DNA from: the human T2T-CHM13v2.0 reference genome, Homo sapiens
Length of the DNA: 64,000 nt
Assembly: GCA_009914755.4 (NCBI GenBank)
Contig: CP086569.2
Location: 21,088,001-21,152,000, forward strand
Direction of reading: 5' to 3'
Shown: in pieces, positions 26,395 through 40,900 of the stretch
Position numbering within the stretch: position 1 is the stretch's first letter
Layout of the letters: each line of letters begins with the position of its first letter
Translations under genes and position numbers: made by a program
The notes under the pieces: model-generated
The model's input: only the letters and a program-made list of their open reading frames with translations
The model's database searches: none
Told to the model about the DNA's origin: nothing

Positions 26395-29300
26395 ATGTGT
26401 CTAGAGTTCCTTCCTTCTGGGAGGTTCATGGACTTGCTCATTTCAAGAATGAAGCTGCAGACCTTAGTGGTGAGTTTTACAGCACTTAAAGGTGTTATGC
26501 CCAGGGTTTGTTCCTTCAGATCTGTCCAGAGATTCTTCCTCCTGGCAGGTTCATTGTCTTGCTCACTTCAAGAATGAAGCTGCAGACCTTAGTGGTGAGC
26601 GTTACAGCACTTACGTTTTTATGTCCAGAGTTTGTTCCTTCAGATAAGTCCAGAGATTCTTCCCTCTGGCAGGTTCATGGTCTTGCTCACTTCAAGAATG
26701 AAACTGCAGACCCTTACGATGAGTGTTACAGCACTTCAAGGGGTTATGTCTAGAGTTTGTTCCTTTCTATGTGTCCAGTTTCTTCCTTCTGGAAGGTTCA
26801 TGGTCTTGCTCACTTCAAGAATGAAACTGTAGACATTTACGGTGAGTGTTACAGCATTGAAAGATGTTATGTCCAGAGTTTGTTCCTCCAGATGTGTCCA
26901 GAGTTTCTTCTTTCTGGCAGGTTCATCGTCTTGCTCACTTCAAGAATGAAGCTGCAGAACTTAGTGGTGAGTTTTACAGCATTTAAAGGTGTTATGTCCA
27001 GAGTTTGTTCCTTCAGATGTGTCCAGAGTTTCTTCCTTCTGGCAGGTTCATGGTCTTGCTCACTTCAAGAATGAAGCTGCAGACCTTAGTGGTGAGTGTT
27101 GCAGCACTTAAAGATGTTATGTCCAGAGATTGTTCCTTCAGATGTGTCCAGAGTTTCTTCCTTCTGGCAGTTTCATGGTCTTGCTCACTTCAAGAATGAA
27201 GCTGCAGACCTTTACGGTCAGTGTTACAGCATTTAAAGGTGTTATGTCCATAGTTTGTTCCTTCAGATGTGTGCAGAGTTTCTTCCTTCTGACAGGTTCA
27301 TGGTATTGCTCACTTCAAGAATGAAGCTGCAGACCTTAGTGGTGAGTGTTACAGCACTTAAAGTTGTTATGTCCAGAGTTTGTTCCTTCAGATGTGTCCA
27401 TTTTCTTTCTTCTGGCTGGTTCATGGTCCTGCTCACTTCAAGAATGAAACAGTAGACCTTTACGGTGAGTGTTACAGCACTGAAACATGTCATGTCCAGA
27501 GTTTGTTCCTTCAGATAGGTCCAGAGTTTCTTCTTTCTGGAAGGTTCATGGTCTTGCTCACTTCAAGAATGAAGCTGCAGACCTTTACGTTGAGTGTTAC
27601 AACACTTAAAGGTGTTATGTCCAGAGTTTTTTCCTTCAGATGTGTCCAGAGTTTCTTTCTTCTGGCACGTTCATGGTCTTGCTCACTTCAAGAATGAAGC
27701 TCCAGTCCTTTACGGGGAGTTTTACAGCACTTAAAGGTGTTATATCCAGAGTTTGTTCCTTCAGATGTGTCCAGAATTTCTTCCTTCTGGCAGGTTCATG
27801 GTCTTGCTCACCTCAAGAATGAAAATGCAGACCTTTACGGTGAGGTTTACAGCATTTAAAAGTGTTATGTCCAGAGTTTTTTCCTTCAGATGTGTATAGA
27901 GTTTCTTCCTTCTGACAGGTTCGTCGTCTTGCTCACTTCAAGAATGAAGCTGCACACCTTAGTGGTGAGTGTTACAGCATTTAAAGGTGTTATGTCCAGA
28001 GTTTGTTCCTTCAGATGTGTGCAGAGTTTCTTCCTTCTGGCAGGTTCATGGTATTGCTCACTTCAAGAATGAAGCTGCAGACCTTAGTGGTGAGTGTTAC
28101 AACACTTAATGTTATTATGTCCAGAGTTTGTTCCTTCAGATGTTTGCAGAGTTTCTTCCTTCTGGCAGGTTCTTGGTCTTGCTCACTTCAAGAATGAAGC
28201 TGCAGACCTTTACGGTGAGTGTTACAGCATTTAAAGGTGTTATGTCCAGAGTTTCTTACATCAGATGTGTCTAGAGTTCCTTCCTTCTGGGAGGTTCATG
28301 GACTTGCTCATTTCAAGAATGAAGCTGCAGACCTTAGTGGTGAGTTTTACAGCACTTAAAGGTGTTATATCCATGGTTTGTTCCTTCAGATCTGTCCAGA
28401 GATTCTTCTTTCTGGCAGGTTCATTGTCTTGCTCACTTCAAGAATGAAGCTGCAGACCTTAGTGGTGAGCGTTACAGCACTTAAGTTTTTATGTCCAGAG
28501 TTTGTTCCTTCAGATAAGTCCAGAGATTTTTCCTTCTGGCAGGTTCATGGTCTTGCTCACTTCAGGATTGAAACTGTAGACCTTTACGGTGAGTGTTACA
28601 GCAATGAAAGATGCTATATCCAGCGTTTGTTCCTTCAGATGTGTCCAGAGTTTCTTCCTTCTGGCTGGTTCATGGTCTTGCTCACTTCAAGAATGAAGCT
28701 GCAGACCTTTACGGTGAGTGTTACAGCATTTAAAGGTGTTATGTCCAGAGTTTGTTCCTTCAGATGTGTCCAGAGTTTCCTCCTTCTGGCAGGTTCATGG
28801 TCGTGCTCACTTCAAGAATGAAGCTGCAGACCTTAGTGGTGAACGTTACAGCACTTAAGTTTTTATGTCCAGAGTTTGTTCCTTCAGATAAGTCCAGAGA
28901 TTCTTCCTTCTGGCATGTTCATGGTCTTGCTCACTTCAAGAATGAAACTGCAGACCCTTAGGGTGAGCGTTACAGCACTTAAGGGTGTTATGTCTAGAGA
29001 TTGTTCCTTCATATGTGTCCAGTTTCTTCCTTCTGGAAGTTTCATGGTCTTGCTCACTGCAAGAATGAAACTGTAGACCTTTACGGTGAGTGTTACAGCA
29101 CTGAAAGATGTTATGTCCAGAGTTTGTTACTTCAGATATGTCCAGAGTTTCTTCCTTCTGGCAGGTTCATCGTCTTGCTCACTTCAAGAAAGAAGCTGCA
29201 GAACTTAGTGGTGAGTTTTACAGCACTTAAAGGTGTTATGTCCACAGTTTGTTCCTTCAGATGTGTCCAGAGTTTCTTCCTTCTGGCAGGTTCATGGTAT

Positions 29301-30150
29301 TGCTCACTTCAAGAATGAAGCTGCAGACCTTAGTGTTTAGTTTTACAGCACTTAAAGGTGTTATGTCCAGAGTTTGTTCCTTCAGATGTGTCCAGAGTTT
29401 CTTCCTTCTGGCAGGTTCCTGGTCTTGCTCACTTCAAGAATGAAGCTGCAGTCCTTTACGTTGAGTGTTACATCATTTAAATGTGTTATGTCCATAGTTT
29501 GTTCCTTCAGATGTGTGCAGAGTTTCTTCCTTCTGGGATGTTCATCTACTTGCTCATTTGAAGAATGAAGCTGCAGACCTTAGTGGTGAGTTTTACAGCA
29601 CTTAAAGGTGTTATGTCCAGAGTTTGTTCCTTCAGATACGTCCAGAGTTTCTTCCTTCTGGCAGGTTCATGGTCTTGCTCACTTCAAGAATGAAGCTGCA
29701 GACCTTTACGGTGAGTGTTACAGCATTTAAAGGTGTTATGTCCAGAGTTTTTTCCATCAGATGTGTCTAGAGTTCCTTACTTCTGGGAGGTTCATGGACT
29801 TGCTCATTTCAAGAATGAAGCTGCAGACCGTAGTGGTGAGTTTTACAGCACTTAAAGGGGTTATGTCCAGAGTTTGTTCCTTCAGATGTGTCCAGAGTTT
29901 CTTCCTTCTGGCAGGTTCATGGTCTTGCTCACTTCAAGAATGAAGCTGCATACCTTAGTGGTGAGCGTTACAGCAGTTAAGTTTTTATGTCCAAAGTTTG
30001 TTCCTTCAGATATGTCCAGAGTTTCTTCCTTCTGGCTGGTTCATGGTCTTGCTCACTTCAAGAATGAAGCTGCAGACCTTTACGGTGAGTGTTACATCAT
30101 TTAAAGGTGTTATGTCCAGAGTTTTTTACATCAGATGTGTCTAGAGTTCC
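26395..30150 (+). repeat. Two copies of a ~1.9-2.2 kb block (26395-28264 and 28265-~30150), related to the domain I sub-block that begins at 2458 but diverged from it.
   Basis: ORF pairs 26395/28265, 26508/28378 (offset 1870), 26757/29001 and 27005/29249 (offset 2244, implying a ~3-monomer insertion in the second copy). Confidence 0.65.
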
Positions 30151-33100
30151 TTCCTTCTGGGAGGTTCATGGATTTGCTCATTTCAAGAATGAAGCTGCAG
30201 ACCTTAGTGGTGAGTTTTACAGCAACGTAAAGGTGTTATGTCCAGAGTTTGTTCCTTCAGATGTGTCCAGAGTTTCTTCCTTCTGGCAGGTTCATGGTCT
30301 TGGTCACTTCAAGAATGAAGCTGCAGAACTTAGTGGTGAGTTTTACAGCACTTAAAGGTGTTATGTCCAGAGTTTGTTCCTTCAGATGTGTCCAGAGTTT
30401 CTTCCTTCTGGCAGGTTCATGGTCTTGCTCACTTCAAGAATGAAGCTGCAGACCTTTACGTTGAGTGTTACAGCACTTAAAGGTGTTATGTCCAGAGATT
30501 GTTCCTTCAGATGTGTCCAGAGTTTCTTCCTTCTGGCAGGTTCATTGTCTTGCTCACTTCAAGAATGAAGCTGCGGACCTTAGTGGTGAGCGTTACAGCA
30601 CTTAAGTTTTTATGTCCACAGTTTGTTCCTTCAGATAAGTCCAGAGTTTCTTCCTTCTGGCAGGTTCATGGTCTTGCTCAATTCAAGAATGAAGCTGCAG
30701 ACCTTTACGGTGAGTGCTACAGCACTTAAAGGTGTTATGTCCATAGATTGTTCCTTCAGATGTGTCCAGTTTCTTCCTTCTGGCAGGTTCATGGACTTGC
30801 TCACTTCAAGAATGAAACTGTAGACCTTTACGGTGAGTGTTACAGCAAAGAAGGATGCTATGTCCAGAGTTTGTTCCTTCAGATGTGTCCAGAGTTTCTT
30901 CCTTCTGGCAGGTTCATGGTCTTCCTCACTTCAAGAATGAAGCTGCAGACCTTTTCGGTGAGTGTTACAGCATTTAAAGGTGTTCTGTCCATAGTTTGTT
31001 CCTTCAGATGTGTGCAGAGTTTCTTCCTTCTGGCAGTTCGTGGTATTGCTCACTTCAAGAATGATGCTGCAGTCCTTAGTGGTGAGTGTTACAGCACTTA
31101 AAGTTGTTATGTCCAGAGTTTGTTCCTTCAGATGTGTCCAGAGTTTCTTCCTGCTGGCAGGTTCATGGTCTTGCTCACTTCAAGAATGAAGCTGCAGACC
31201 TTAGTGTTGAGCGTTACAGCAGTTAAGTTTTTATGTCCAGAGTTTGTTCCTGCAGATAAGTCCGGAGTTACTTCCTTCTGGCAGGTTCATGGTCTTGCTC
31301 ACTTCAAGAATGAAGCTGCAGACCTTTACGGTGAGTGTTATAGCACTTAAACGTGTTATGTCCAGAGTTTGTTCCTTCAGATGTATCCAGAGTTTCTTCC
31401 TTCTGGCAGGTTCATGGTCTTGCTCACTTCAAGAATGACGCAGCAGTCCTTTACGGTGAGTGTTACAGCATTTAACGGTGTTATGTCCAGAGTTTGTTCC
31501 TTCAGATGTGTCCAGTTTCTTCCTTCTGGCAGGTTCATGGTCTTGCTCACTTCAAGAATGAAACTGTAGACTTTTACGGTGAGTGTTACAGCAATGAAAG
31601 ATGCTATGTCCAGAGTTTGTTCCTTCAGATGTGTCCAGAGTTTCTTCCTTCTGGCAGGTTCATGGTCTTGCTCACTTCAAGAATGAAGCTGCAGACCTTT
31701 AAGGTGAGTGTTACAGCATTTAAAGGTGTTATGTCCAGAGTTTTTTCCAACAGATGTGTCTAGAATTCCTTACTTCTGGGAGGTTCATGGACTTGCTCAT
31801 TTCAAGAATGAAGCTGCAGACCTTAGTGGTGAGTTTTACAGCACTTAAAGGTGTTATGTCCAGAGTTTGCTCCTTCAGATGTGTCCAGAGTTTCTTCCTT
31901 CTGGCAGGTTCATGGTCTTGCTCACTTCAAGAATGAAGTTGCAGACCTTAGTGGTGATCATTACAGCACTTAAGTTTTTATATCCAGAGTTTGTTCTTTC
32001 AGATATGCCCAGAGTTTCTTCCTTCTGGCAGGTTCATGGTCTTGCTCACTTCAAGAATGAAACTGCAGACCCTTACGGTGAGTGTTACAGCACTTAAAAG
32101 TGTTATGTCTAGAGTTTGTTTCTTCAGATGTGTCCAGTTTCTTCAGTATGGAAGGTTCATGGTCTTGCTCACTTCAAGAATGAAACTGTAGACTTTTACG
32201 GTGAGTGTTACAGCACTGAAAGATGTTATGTCCAGAGTTTGTTCCTTCAGATATGTCCAGAGTTTCTTCCTTCTAGCAGGTTCCTGGTCTTGCTCACTTC
32301 AAGAATGAAGCTGCAGAAATTAGTGGTCAGTTTTACAGCACTTAATGGTGTTATGTCCAGAGATTGTTCCTTCAGATGTGTCCAGACTTTCTTCCTTCTG
32401 GCAGGTTCATGGTCTTGCTCACTTCAGGAATGAAGCTGCAGACCTTAGTGGTGGGTGGTACAGCACTTAAGATGTTATGTCCAGAGTTTGTTCCTTCAGA
32501 TGTGTCCAGAGTTTCTTCCTTCTGGCAGGTTCATGGTCTTGCTCACTTCAAGAATGAAGCTGCAGTCCTTTACGGTCAGTGTTACAGCATTTTAAGATGT
32601 TATGTCTAGAGTTTGTTCCTACAGATGTGTCCAGAGGTTCTTCCTTCTGGCAGGATCATGGTCTTGCTCACTTCAGGAATGAAGCTGCAGACCTTAGTGG
32701 TGAGCGATACGGCACTTAAGTTTTTATGTCCAGAGTTTGTTCCTTCACATAAGTCCATAGTTTCTTCCTTCTGTCCGGTTCATGGTCTTGCTCACTTCAA
32801 GAATGAAGCTACAGAACTTAGTGGTGAGTTTTACAGCACTTAAAGTTGTTATGTCCAGAGTTTGTTCCTTCAGATGTGTCCAGAGTTTCTTCCTTCTGGC
32901 AGGTTCATGGTCTTGCTCACTTCAAGAATGAAACTGTAGACTTTTACGGTGAGTGTTACAGCAATGAAAGATGCTATGTCCAGAGTTTGTTCCTTCAGAT
33001 GTGTCCAGAGTTTCTTCCTTCTGACAGGTTCATGGTCTTGCTAACTTCCAGAATGAAACTGAAGACCTTTACGGTGAGTGTTACAGAACTGAAAGATGTT

Positions 33101-36100
33101 ATGTCCAGAGTTTTTTCCTTCAGATGTGTCCAGAGTTTCTTCCTTCTGGCAGGTTCATGGTCTTGCTCACTTCAAGAATGAAGCTGCAGAAATTAGTGGT
33201 GAGTTTTACAGCACTTAAAGGTGTTATGTCCAGAGTTTGTTCCTTCAGATGTGTCCAGACTTTGTTCGTTCTGGCAGGTTCATGGTCTTGCTCACTTCAA
33301 GAATGAAGCTGCAGACCTTAGTGGTGAGTGTTACAGCACTTAAAGATGTTATGTCCAGAGTTTGTTCCTTCAGATGTGTCCAGAGTTTCTTCCTTCTGGC
33401 TGGTTCATGGTCTCGCTCACTTCAAGAATGAAGCTGCAGACCTTTACGGTGAGTGTTACAGCATTTAAAGGTGTTATGTCCATAGTTTGTTCCTTCAGAT
33501 GTGTGCAGAGTTTCTTCCTTCTGGCAGGTTCATGGTATTGCTCACTTCAAGAATGAAGATGCAGACCTTAGTGGTGAGTGTTACAGCAGTTAAAGTTGTT
33601 ATGTCCAGAGTTTCTTCCTTCAGATGTGTCCATTTTTTTCCTTCTGGCTGGTTCATGGTCCTGCTCACTTCAAGAATGATACTGTAGACCTTTACGGTGA
33701 GTGTTACAGCACTGAAACATGTCATGTCCAGAGTTTGTTCCTTCAGATAGGTCCAGTGTTTCTTCCTTCTGGCAGGTTCATGGTCTTGCTCACTTCCAGA
33801 ATGAAGCTGCAGACCTTTACGTTGAGTGTTACAGCACTTAAAGGTGCTATGTCCAGAGTTTGTTCCTTCAGATGTGTCCAGAGTTTCTTTCTTCTGGCAG
33901 GTTCATGGTCTTGCTCACTTCAAGAATGAAGCTCCAGTCCTTTACGGTGAGTGTTACAGCACTTAAAGGTGTTATATCCAGATTTTGTTCCTTCAGATGT
34001 GTCCAGCATATCTTCCTTCTTGCAGGTTCATGGTCTTGCTCACCTCAAGAATGAAAATGCAGACCTTTACGGTGAGGGTTACAGCATTTAAAAGTGTTAT
34101 GTCCAGAGTTTTTTCCTTCAGATGTGTCTAGAGTTTCTTCCTTCTCACAGGTTCGTCTCTTGCTCACTTCAAGAATGAAGCTGCACAGCTTAGTGGTGAG
34201 CGTTACAGCACTTACGTTTTTATGTCCAGAGTTTGTTCCTTCAGATGTGTCCAGGGTTTCTTCCTTCTGGCAGGTTCATGGTCTTGCTGACCTCAAGAAT
34301 GAAGCTGCAGACCTTTACGGTGAGTGTTACAGCACTTAAATGTGTTATGTCCAGAGTTTGTTCATTCAGATGTTTCCAGAATTTCTTCATTGTGGCAGGT
34401 TCATGGTCTTGCTCACTTGAAGAATGAAGCTGCAGACCTTTACGCTGAGTGTTACAGCACTTAAAACTGTTATGTCCAGAGTTTGTTCCTTCAGATGTGT
34501 CCAGAGTTTCTTCCTTCTGGCAGGTTCATGGTCTTGCTCACTTCAAGAATGAAGCTGCAGACTTTTACGGTGAGTGTTACAGCATTTAAATGTGTTATGC
34601 CCAGAGTTTTTTCCTTCAGATGTGTCCAGAGTTTCTACCTTCTGGCAGGTTGATGGTCTTGCTCACTTGAAGAATGAATCTGCAGACCTTTACGTTGAAT
34701 GTTACAGCACTTAAAGGTGTTATGTCCACAGTTTGTTCCTTCAGCTGTGTCCAGAGTTTCTTCCTTCTAGCAGGTTCATGGTCTGGCTCACTTCAAGAAT
34801 GAAGCTCCATTCCTTTACGGTGAGTGTAACAGCAATTAAAGGTGTTATGTCCGGAGTTTTTTCCTTCAGATCTGTCCAGAGTTTCTTCCTTCTGGTAGGT
34901 TCATGGTCTTGCTCACTTCAAGAATGAAACTGCAGACCCTTACGTTGAGTGTTACAGCACTTAAAGGTGTTATGTCCAGAGTTTGTTCCTTCAGATGTGT
35001 CCACTTTCTTCCTTCTGGCCGGTTTATGGTCTTGCTCACTTCAGGAATGAATCTGTAGACTTTTACGGTGAGTGTTACAGCACTGTATGATGTTATGTCC
35101 AGAGATTGTTCCTTCAGATGTGTCTAGAGTTTGTTCCATCTGGCAGGATCTTGTCCTTGCTCACCTCAAGAATGAAGCTGTAGAACTTAGTGATGTGTTT
35201 TACACCACTTAAAGGTGTTATGTCCAGAGTTTCTTCCTTCAGATGTGTCCAGAGTTTCTTCCTTCTGGCAGGTTCATGGTCTTGCTGACCTCAAGAATGA
35301 AGTTGCAGACCTTTACGGTGAGTGTTACAGCACTTTAAGGTGTTATGTCCAGAGATTGTTCCTTCAGATGTGTCCAGCGTTTCTTCCTTCTGGCAAGTTC
35401 ATGGTCTTGCTCACTTCAAGAATGAAGCTGCAGACATTTACGGTGAGTGTTACAGCATTTAAAGGTGTTATGTCCAGAGTTTGTTCCTTCAGATGTGTGC
35501 AGAGTTTCTTCCTTCTGGCAGGTTCATGGTATTGCTCACTTGAAGAATGAAGCTGCAGACCTTAGTGTTGAGTGTTACAGCACTTAAAGTTGTTATGTCC
35601 AGAGTTTGTTCCTTCAGATGTGTCAAGAGTTTCTTCCTTCTGGCAGGTTCTTGGTCTTGCTCACTTCAAGAATGAAGCTGCAGACCTTTACGGTGAGTGT
35701 TACAGCATTTAAAGGTGTTATGTCCAAAGTTTCTTACATCAGATGTGTCTAGAGTTCCTTCCTTCTGGGAGGTTCATGGACTTGCTCATTTCAAGAATGA
35801 AGCTGCAGAACTTAGTGGTGAGTTTTACAGCACTTAAAGGTGTTATGTCCAGAGTTTGTTCCTTCAGATCTGTCCAGAGATTCTTCCTTCTGGCAGGTTC
35901 ATGGTCTTGCTCACTTCAAGAATGAAGCTGCAGACCTTAGTGGTGAGCATTACAGCACTTAAGTTTTTATGTCCAGAGTTTGTTCCTTCATATAAGTCCA
36001 GAGATTCTTCCTTCTAGCAGGTTCATGGTCTTGCTCACTTCAAGAATGAAACTGCAGACCCTTACGATGACTGTTACAGCAATTAAATGTGTTATGTCTA

Positions 36101-37598
36101 GAGTTTGTTCCTTCATGTGTGTCCAGTTTCTTCCTTCTGGAAGGTTCATTGTCTTGCTCACTTCAAGAATGAAACTGTAGACCATTACAGTGAGTGTTAC
36201 AGCACTGAAAGATGTTATGTCCAGAGTTTCTTCCTTCAGATGTGTCCAGAGTTTCTTCCTTCTGGCAGGTTCATGGTCTTGCTCACTTCAAGAATGAAGC
36301 TGCAGAACTTAGTGGTGAGCTTTACAGCACTTAAAGGTGTTATGTCCAGAGTTTATTCTTTCAGATGTGTCCAGAGTTTCTTCCTTCTGGCAGGTTCATG
36401 GTCTTGCTCACTTCAAGAATGAAGCTGCAGACCTTTACGGTCAGTGTTACAGCACTTAAAGGTGTTATGTCCAGAGATTCTTCCTTCAGATGTGTCCAGA
36501 GTTTCTTCCTTCTGGCAGGTTCATGGTCTTCCTCACTTCAAGAATGAAGCTGCAGACCTTTACGGTGAGTGTTACAGCATTTAAACGTGTTATGTCCACA
36601 GTTTGTTCCTTCAGATGTGTGCAGAGTTTCTTCCTTCTGGCAGGTTCATGGTATTGCTCACTTCAAGAATGAAGCTGCAGACCTTAGTGGTGAGTGTTAC
36701 AGCACTTAAAGTTTTTATGTCCAGAGATTGTTCCTTCAGATGTGTCCAGAGTTTCTTCCTTCTGGCAGGCTCATGGTCTTGCTCACTTCAAGAATGAAGC
36801 TGCAGACCTTAGTGGTGAGCGTTACAGCACTTAAGTTTTTATGTGCAGAGTTTGTTCCTTCAGATAAGTCCAGAGTTTCTTCCTTCTGGCAAGTTCATGG
36901 TCTTGCTCACTTCAAGAATGAAGCTGCAGAACTTAGTGGTGAGTTTTACAGCACTTAAAGGTGTTATGTCCAGAGTTTGTTCCTTCAGATGTGTCCAGAG
37001 TTTCTTCCTTCTGGCAGGTTCATGGTCTTGCTCACTTCAAGAATGACGCGGCAGACCTTTACGGTGAGTGTTACAGCATTTAAAGGTGTTATGTCTAGAG
37101 TTTGTTCCTTCAGATGTGTCCACTTTCTTCCTTCTGGCAGGTTCATGGTCTTGCTCACTTCAGGAATGAAACTGTAGACCTTTACGGTGAGTGTTACATC
37201 ATTTAAAGGTGTTATGTTCATAGTTTGTTCCTTCAGATGTGTGCAGAGTTTCTTCCTTCTGGGAGGTTCATGTACTTGATCATTTCAAGAATGAAGCTGC
37301 AGACCTTAGTGGTGAGTTTCACAGCACTTAAAGGTGTTATGTCCAGAGTTTGTTCTTTCAGATATGTCCAGAGTTTCTTCCTTCTGGCAGGTTCATGGTC
37401 TTGCTCACTTCAAGAATGAAGCTGCAGACCTTTGTTGTGAGCAGTACATCAGTTAAGTTTTTATGTCCAGGGTTTGTTCCTTCAGATAAGTCCAGAGTTT
37501 CTTCCTTCTGGCAGGTTCATGGTCTTGCTCACTTCAAGAATGAAGCTGCAGAACTTAGTGGTGAGTTTTACAGCACTTAAAGGTGTTATGTCCAGAGT

Positions 37599-37973
37599 TT
37601 GTTCCTTCAGATGTGTCCAGAGTTTCTTCCTTCTGGCAGGTTCATGGTCTTGCTCACTTCAAGAATGAAGCTGCAGACCTTTACGGTGAGAGTTACAGCA
37701 CTTAAAGGTGTTATGTCCAGAGATTGTTCCTTCAGATGTGTCCAGAGTTTCTTCCTTCTGGCAGGTTCATGGTCTTGCTCACTTCAAGAATGACGCGGCA
37801 GACATTTACGGTGAGTGTTACAGCACTTAAAGGTGTTATGTCCACAGATTGTTCCTTCAGATGTGTCCAGAGTTTCTTCCTTCTGGGAGGTTCATGGTCT
37901 TGCTCACTTCAAGAATGACGCGGCAGACATTTACGGTGAGTGTTACAGCACTTAAAGGTGTTATGTCCAGAGT
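37599..37973 (+). repeat. Three consecutive near-identical monomers, a very recent local amplification.
   Basis: Translated monomers 37599, 37724 and 37849 differ by only 2-4 aa. Two carry the gaatgacgcggcagac variant. Confidence 0.7.
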
Positions 37974-40900
37974 TTTTTCCTTCAGATGTGTCCAGACTTT
38001 CTTCCTTCTGGCAGGTTCATGGTCTTGCTCACTTCCAGAATGAAGCTGCAGACCTTAGTGGTGAGTGTTACAGCACTTAAAGATATTATGTCCAGAGTTT
38101 GTTCCTTCAGATGTGTCCAGATTGTCTTCCTTCTGGCAGTTTCATGGTCTTGCTCACTTCAAGAATGAAACTGTAGACCTTTACGGTCAGTGTTATAGTA
38201 CTTAAAGGTGTTATGTCCAGAGTTTTTCCTTCAGATATGTCAAGAGTTTCTTCCTTCTGGCAGGTTCATGGTATTGCTCACTTCAAGAAAGATGCTGCAG
38301 ACCTTTACGGTGAGTGTTACAGCATTTAAAGGTGTTATGTCCAGAGTTTGTTCCATCAGATGTGTCTAGAGTTCCTTACTTCTGGGAGGTTCATGGACTT
38401 GCTCATTTCAAGAAGGAAGCTGCAGACCGTAGTGGTGAGTTTTACAGCACTTAAAGGTGTTATGTCCATAGTTTGTTCCTTCAGATGTGTCCAGAGTTTC
38501 CTCCTTCTGACATGTTCATGGTCTTGCTCACTTCAAGAATGAAGCTGCAGACCTTTACGGTCAGTGTTACAGCACTTAAATGTGTTATGTCCAGAGTTTG
38601 TTCCTTCAGATGTGTCCAGAGTTTCTTCCTTCTGGCAGGTTCATGGTCTTGCTCACTTCAAGAATGAAGCTGCAGAACTTAGTGGTGACTTTTACAGCAC
38701 TTAAAGGTGTTATGTCCAGAGTTTGTTCCTTCAGATGTGTCCAGAGTTTCTTCCTTCTGGCAGGTTCATGGTCTCGCTCACTTCAAGAATGACGCGGCAG
38801 ACCTTTACGGTGAGTGTTACAGCATTTAAAGGTGTTATGTCCATAGTTTGTTCCTTCAGATGTGTGCAGAGATTCTTCCTTCTGGCAGGTTCATGGTGTT
38901 GCTCACTTCAAGAATGAAGCTGCAGACCTTAGTGGTGAGTGTTACAGCACTTAAGTTGTTATGTCCAGAGTTTGTTCCTTCAGGTGTGTCCAGAGTTTCT
39001 TCCTTCTGGCAGGTTCATGGTCTTGCTCACTTCAAGAATGAAGCTGCAGACCTTTAAGGTGAGTGTTACAGCATTTAAAGGTGTTATGTCCAGAGTTTTT
39101 TCCAACAGATGTGTCTAGAATTCCTTACTTCTGGGAGGTTCATGGACTTGCTCATTTCAAGAATGAAGCTGCAGACCATAGTGGTGAGTTTTACAGCACT
39201 TAAAGGTGTTATGTCCAGAGTTTGTTCCATCAGATGTGTCCAGAGTTTTTTCCTTCTGGCACGTTCATGGTCTTGCTCACTTCAAGAATGAAGCTGCAGA
39301 CCTTAGTGGTGATCATTACAACACTTACGTTTTTATATCCAGAGTTTGTTCCTTCAGATATGCCCAGAGTTTCTTCCTTCTGGCAGGTTCATGGTCCTGC
39401 TCACTTCAAGAATGAAACTGCAGACCCTTTCGGTGAGTGTTACAGCACTTAAAAGTGTTATGTCTAGAGTTTTTCCTTCAGATATGTCCAGTTTCTTCCG
39501 TCTGGAAGGTTTATGGTCTTGCTCACTTCAAGAATGAAACTGTAGACCTTTACGGTGAGTTTTACAACACTGAAAGATATTATGTCCAGAGTTTCTTCCT
39601 TCAGATGTGTCCAGAGTTTCTTCTTTCTGGCAGGTTCATGGTCTTGCTCACTTCAAGAATGAAGCTGCAGTAATTAGTGGTGAGTTTTACAGCACTTAAA
39701 GGTGTTATGTCCAGAGTTTTTTCCTTCAGATGTGTCCAGACTTTCTTCCTTCTGGCAGGTTCATGGTCTTGCTCACTTCCAGAATGAAGCTGCAGACGTT
39801 AGTGGTGAGTGTTACAGCACTTAAAGATGTTATGTCCAGAGTTTGTTCCTTCAGATGTGTCCAGAGTGTCTTCCTTCTGGCAGGTTCATGGTCTTGCTCA
39901 CTTCAAGAATGAAACTGTAGACCTTTACGGTCAGTGTTATAGCACTTAAAGGTGTTATGTCCAGAGTTTTTTCCTTCAGATATGTCCAGAGTTTCTTCCT
40001 TCTGGCAGGTTCATGGTATTACACACTTCAACAATGAAGCTGCAGACCTTTACGGTGAGTGTTATAGCATTTGAAGGTGTTATGTCCAGAGTTTGTTCCA
40101 TCAGATGTGTCTAGAGTTCCTTACTTCTGGGAGGTTCATGGACTTGCTCATTTGAAGAACGAAGCTGCAGACGGTAGTGGTGAGTTTTACAGCACTTAAA
40201 GGTGTTATGTCCAGAGTTTGTTCCTTCAGATGTGTCCAGAGATTCCTCCTTCTGGCATGTTCATGGTCTTGCTCACTTCCTTAATGAAGCTGCAGACCTT
40301 ACTGGTGAGTGTTACAGCACTTAAAGGTGTTACGTCCAGTGTTTGTTCCTTCAGATGTGTCCAGGGTTTCTGTCTTCTGTCAGATTCATGGTCTTTCTCA
40401 CTTCAAGAATGAAGCTGCAGACCTTAGTGGTGAGTGTTACAGCACTTAAAGGTGTTATGTCCAGAGTTTTTTCATTCAGATGTGTCCAGAGTTTCTTCCT
40501 TCTTGCAGTTTCGTGGTCTTGCTCACTTCCTTAATGAAGCTGCAGGCTTTACTGGTGAGTGTTACAGCACTTAAAGGTGTTATGTCCAGAGTTTGTTCCT
40601 TCAGATGTGTCCAGAGTTTCTTCCTTCTAGCAGGTTCATGGTCTTGCTCATTTCAAGAATGAAGCTGTAGACCTTTTCGGTGTGTGTTACAGCATTTATA
40701 GGTGTTATGTCCATAGTTTGTTCCTTCAGATGTGTGCAGAGTTTCTTCCTTCAGGCAGGTTCATGGTATTGCTCACTTCAGGAATAAAGCTGCAGACCTT
40801 AGTCGTGAGTGTTACAGCACTTAAGTTGTTATGTCCAGAGTTTGTTCCTTCAGATGTGTCCAGAGTTTCTTCCTTCTGGCAGGTTCATGGACTTCCTCAT

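Noticed and set aside
34427-35215. Gaps in the ORF track (34427-34733, 34927-35215, 38168-38348, 39912-40218, 41540-41713, 48578-48938, 56377-56683, 59925-60190, 60892-61052) as possible non-satellite insertions.
   Set aside because: Direct reading shows ordinary monomers in every gap. The ORFs are simply shorter than the 60-aa reporting threshold because of point substitutions that create stops.
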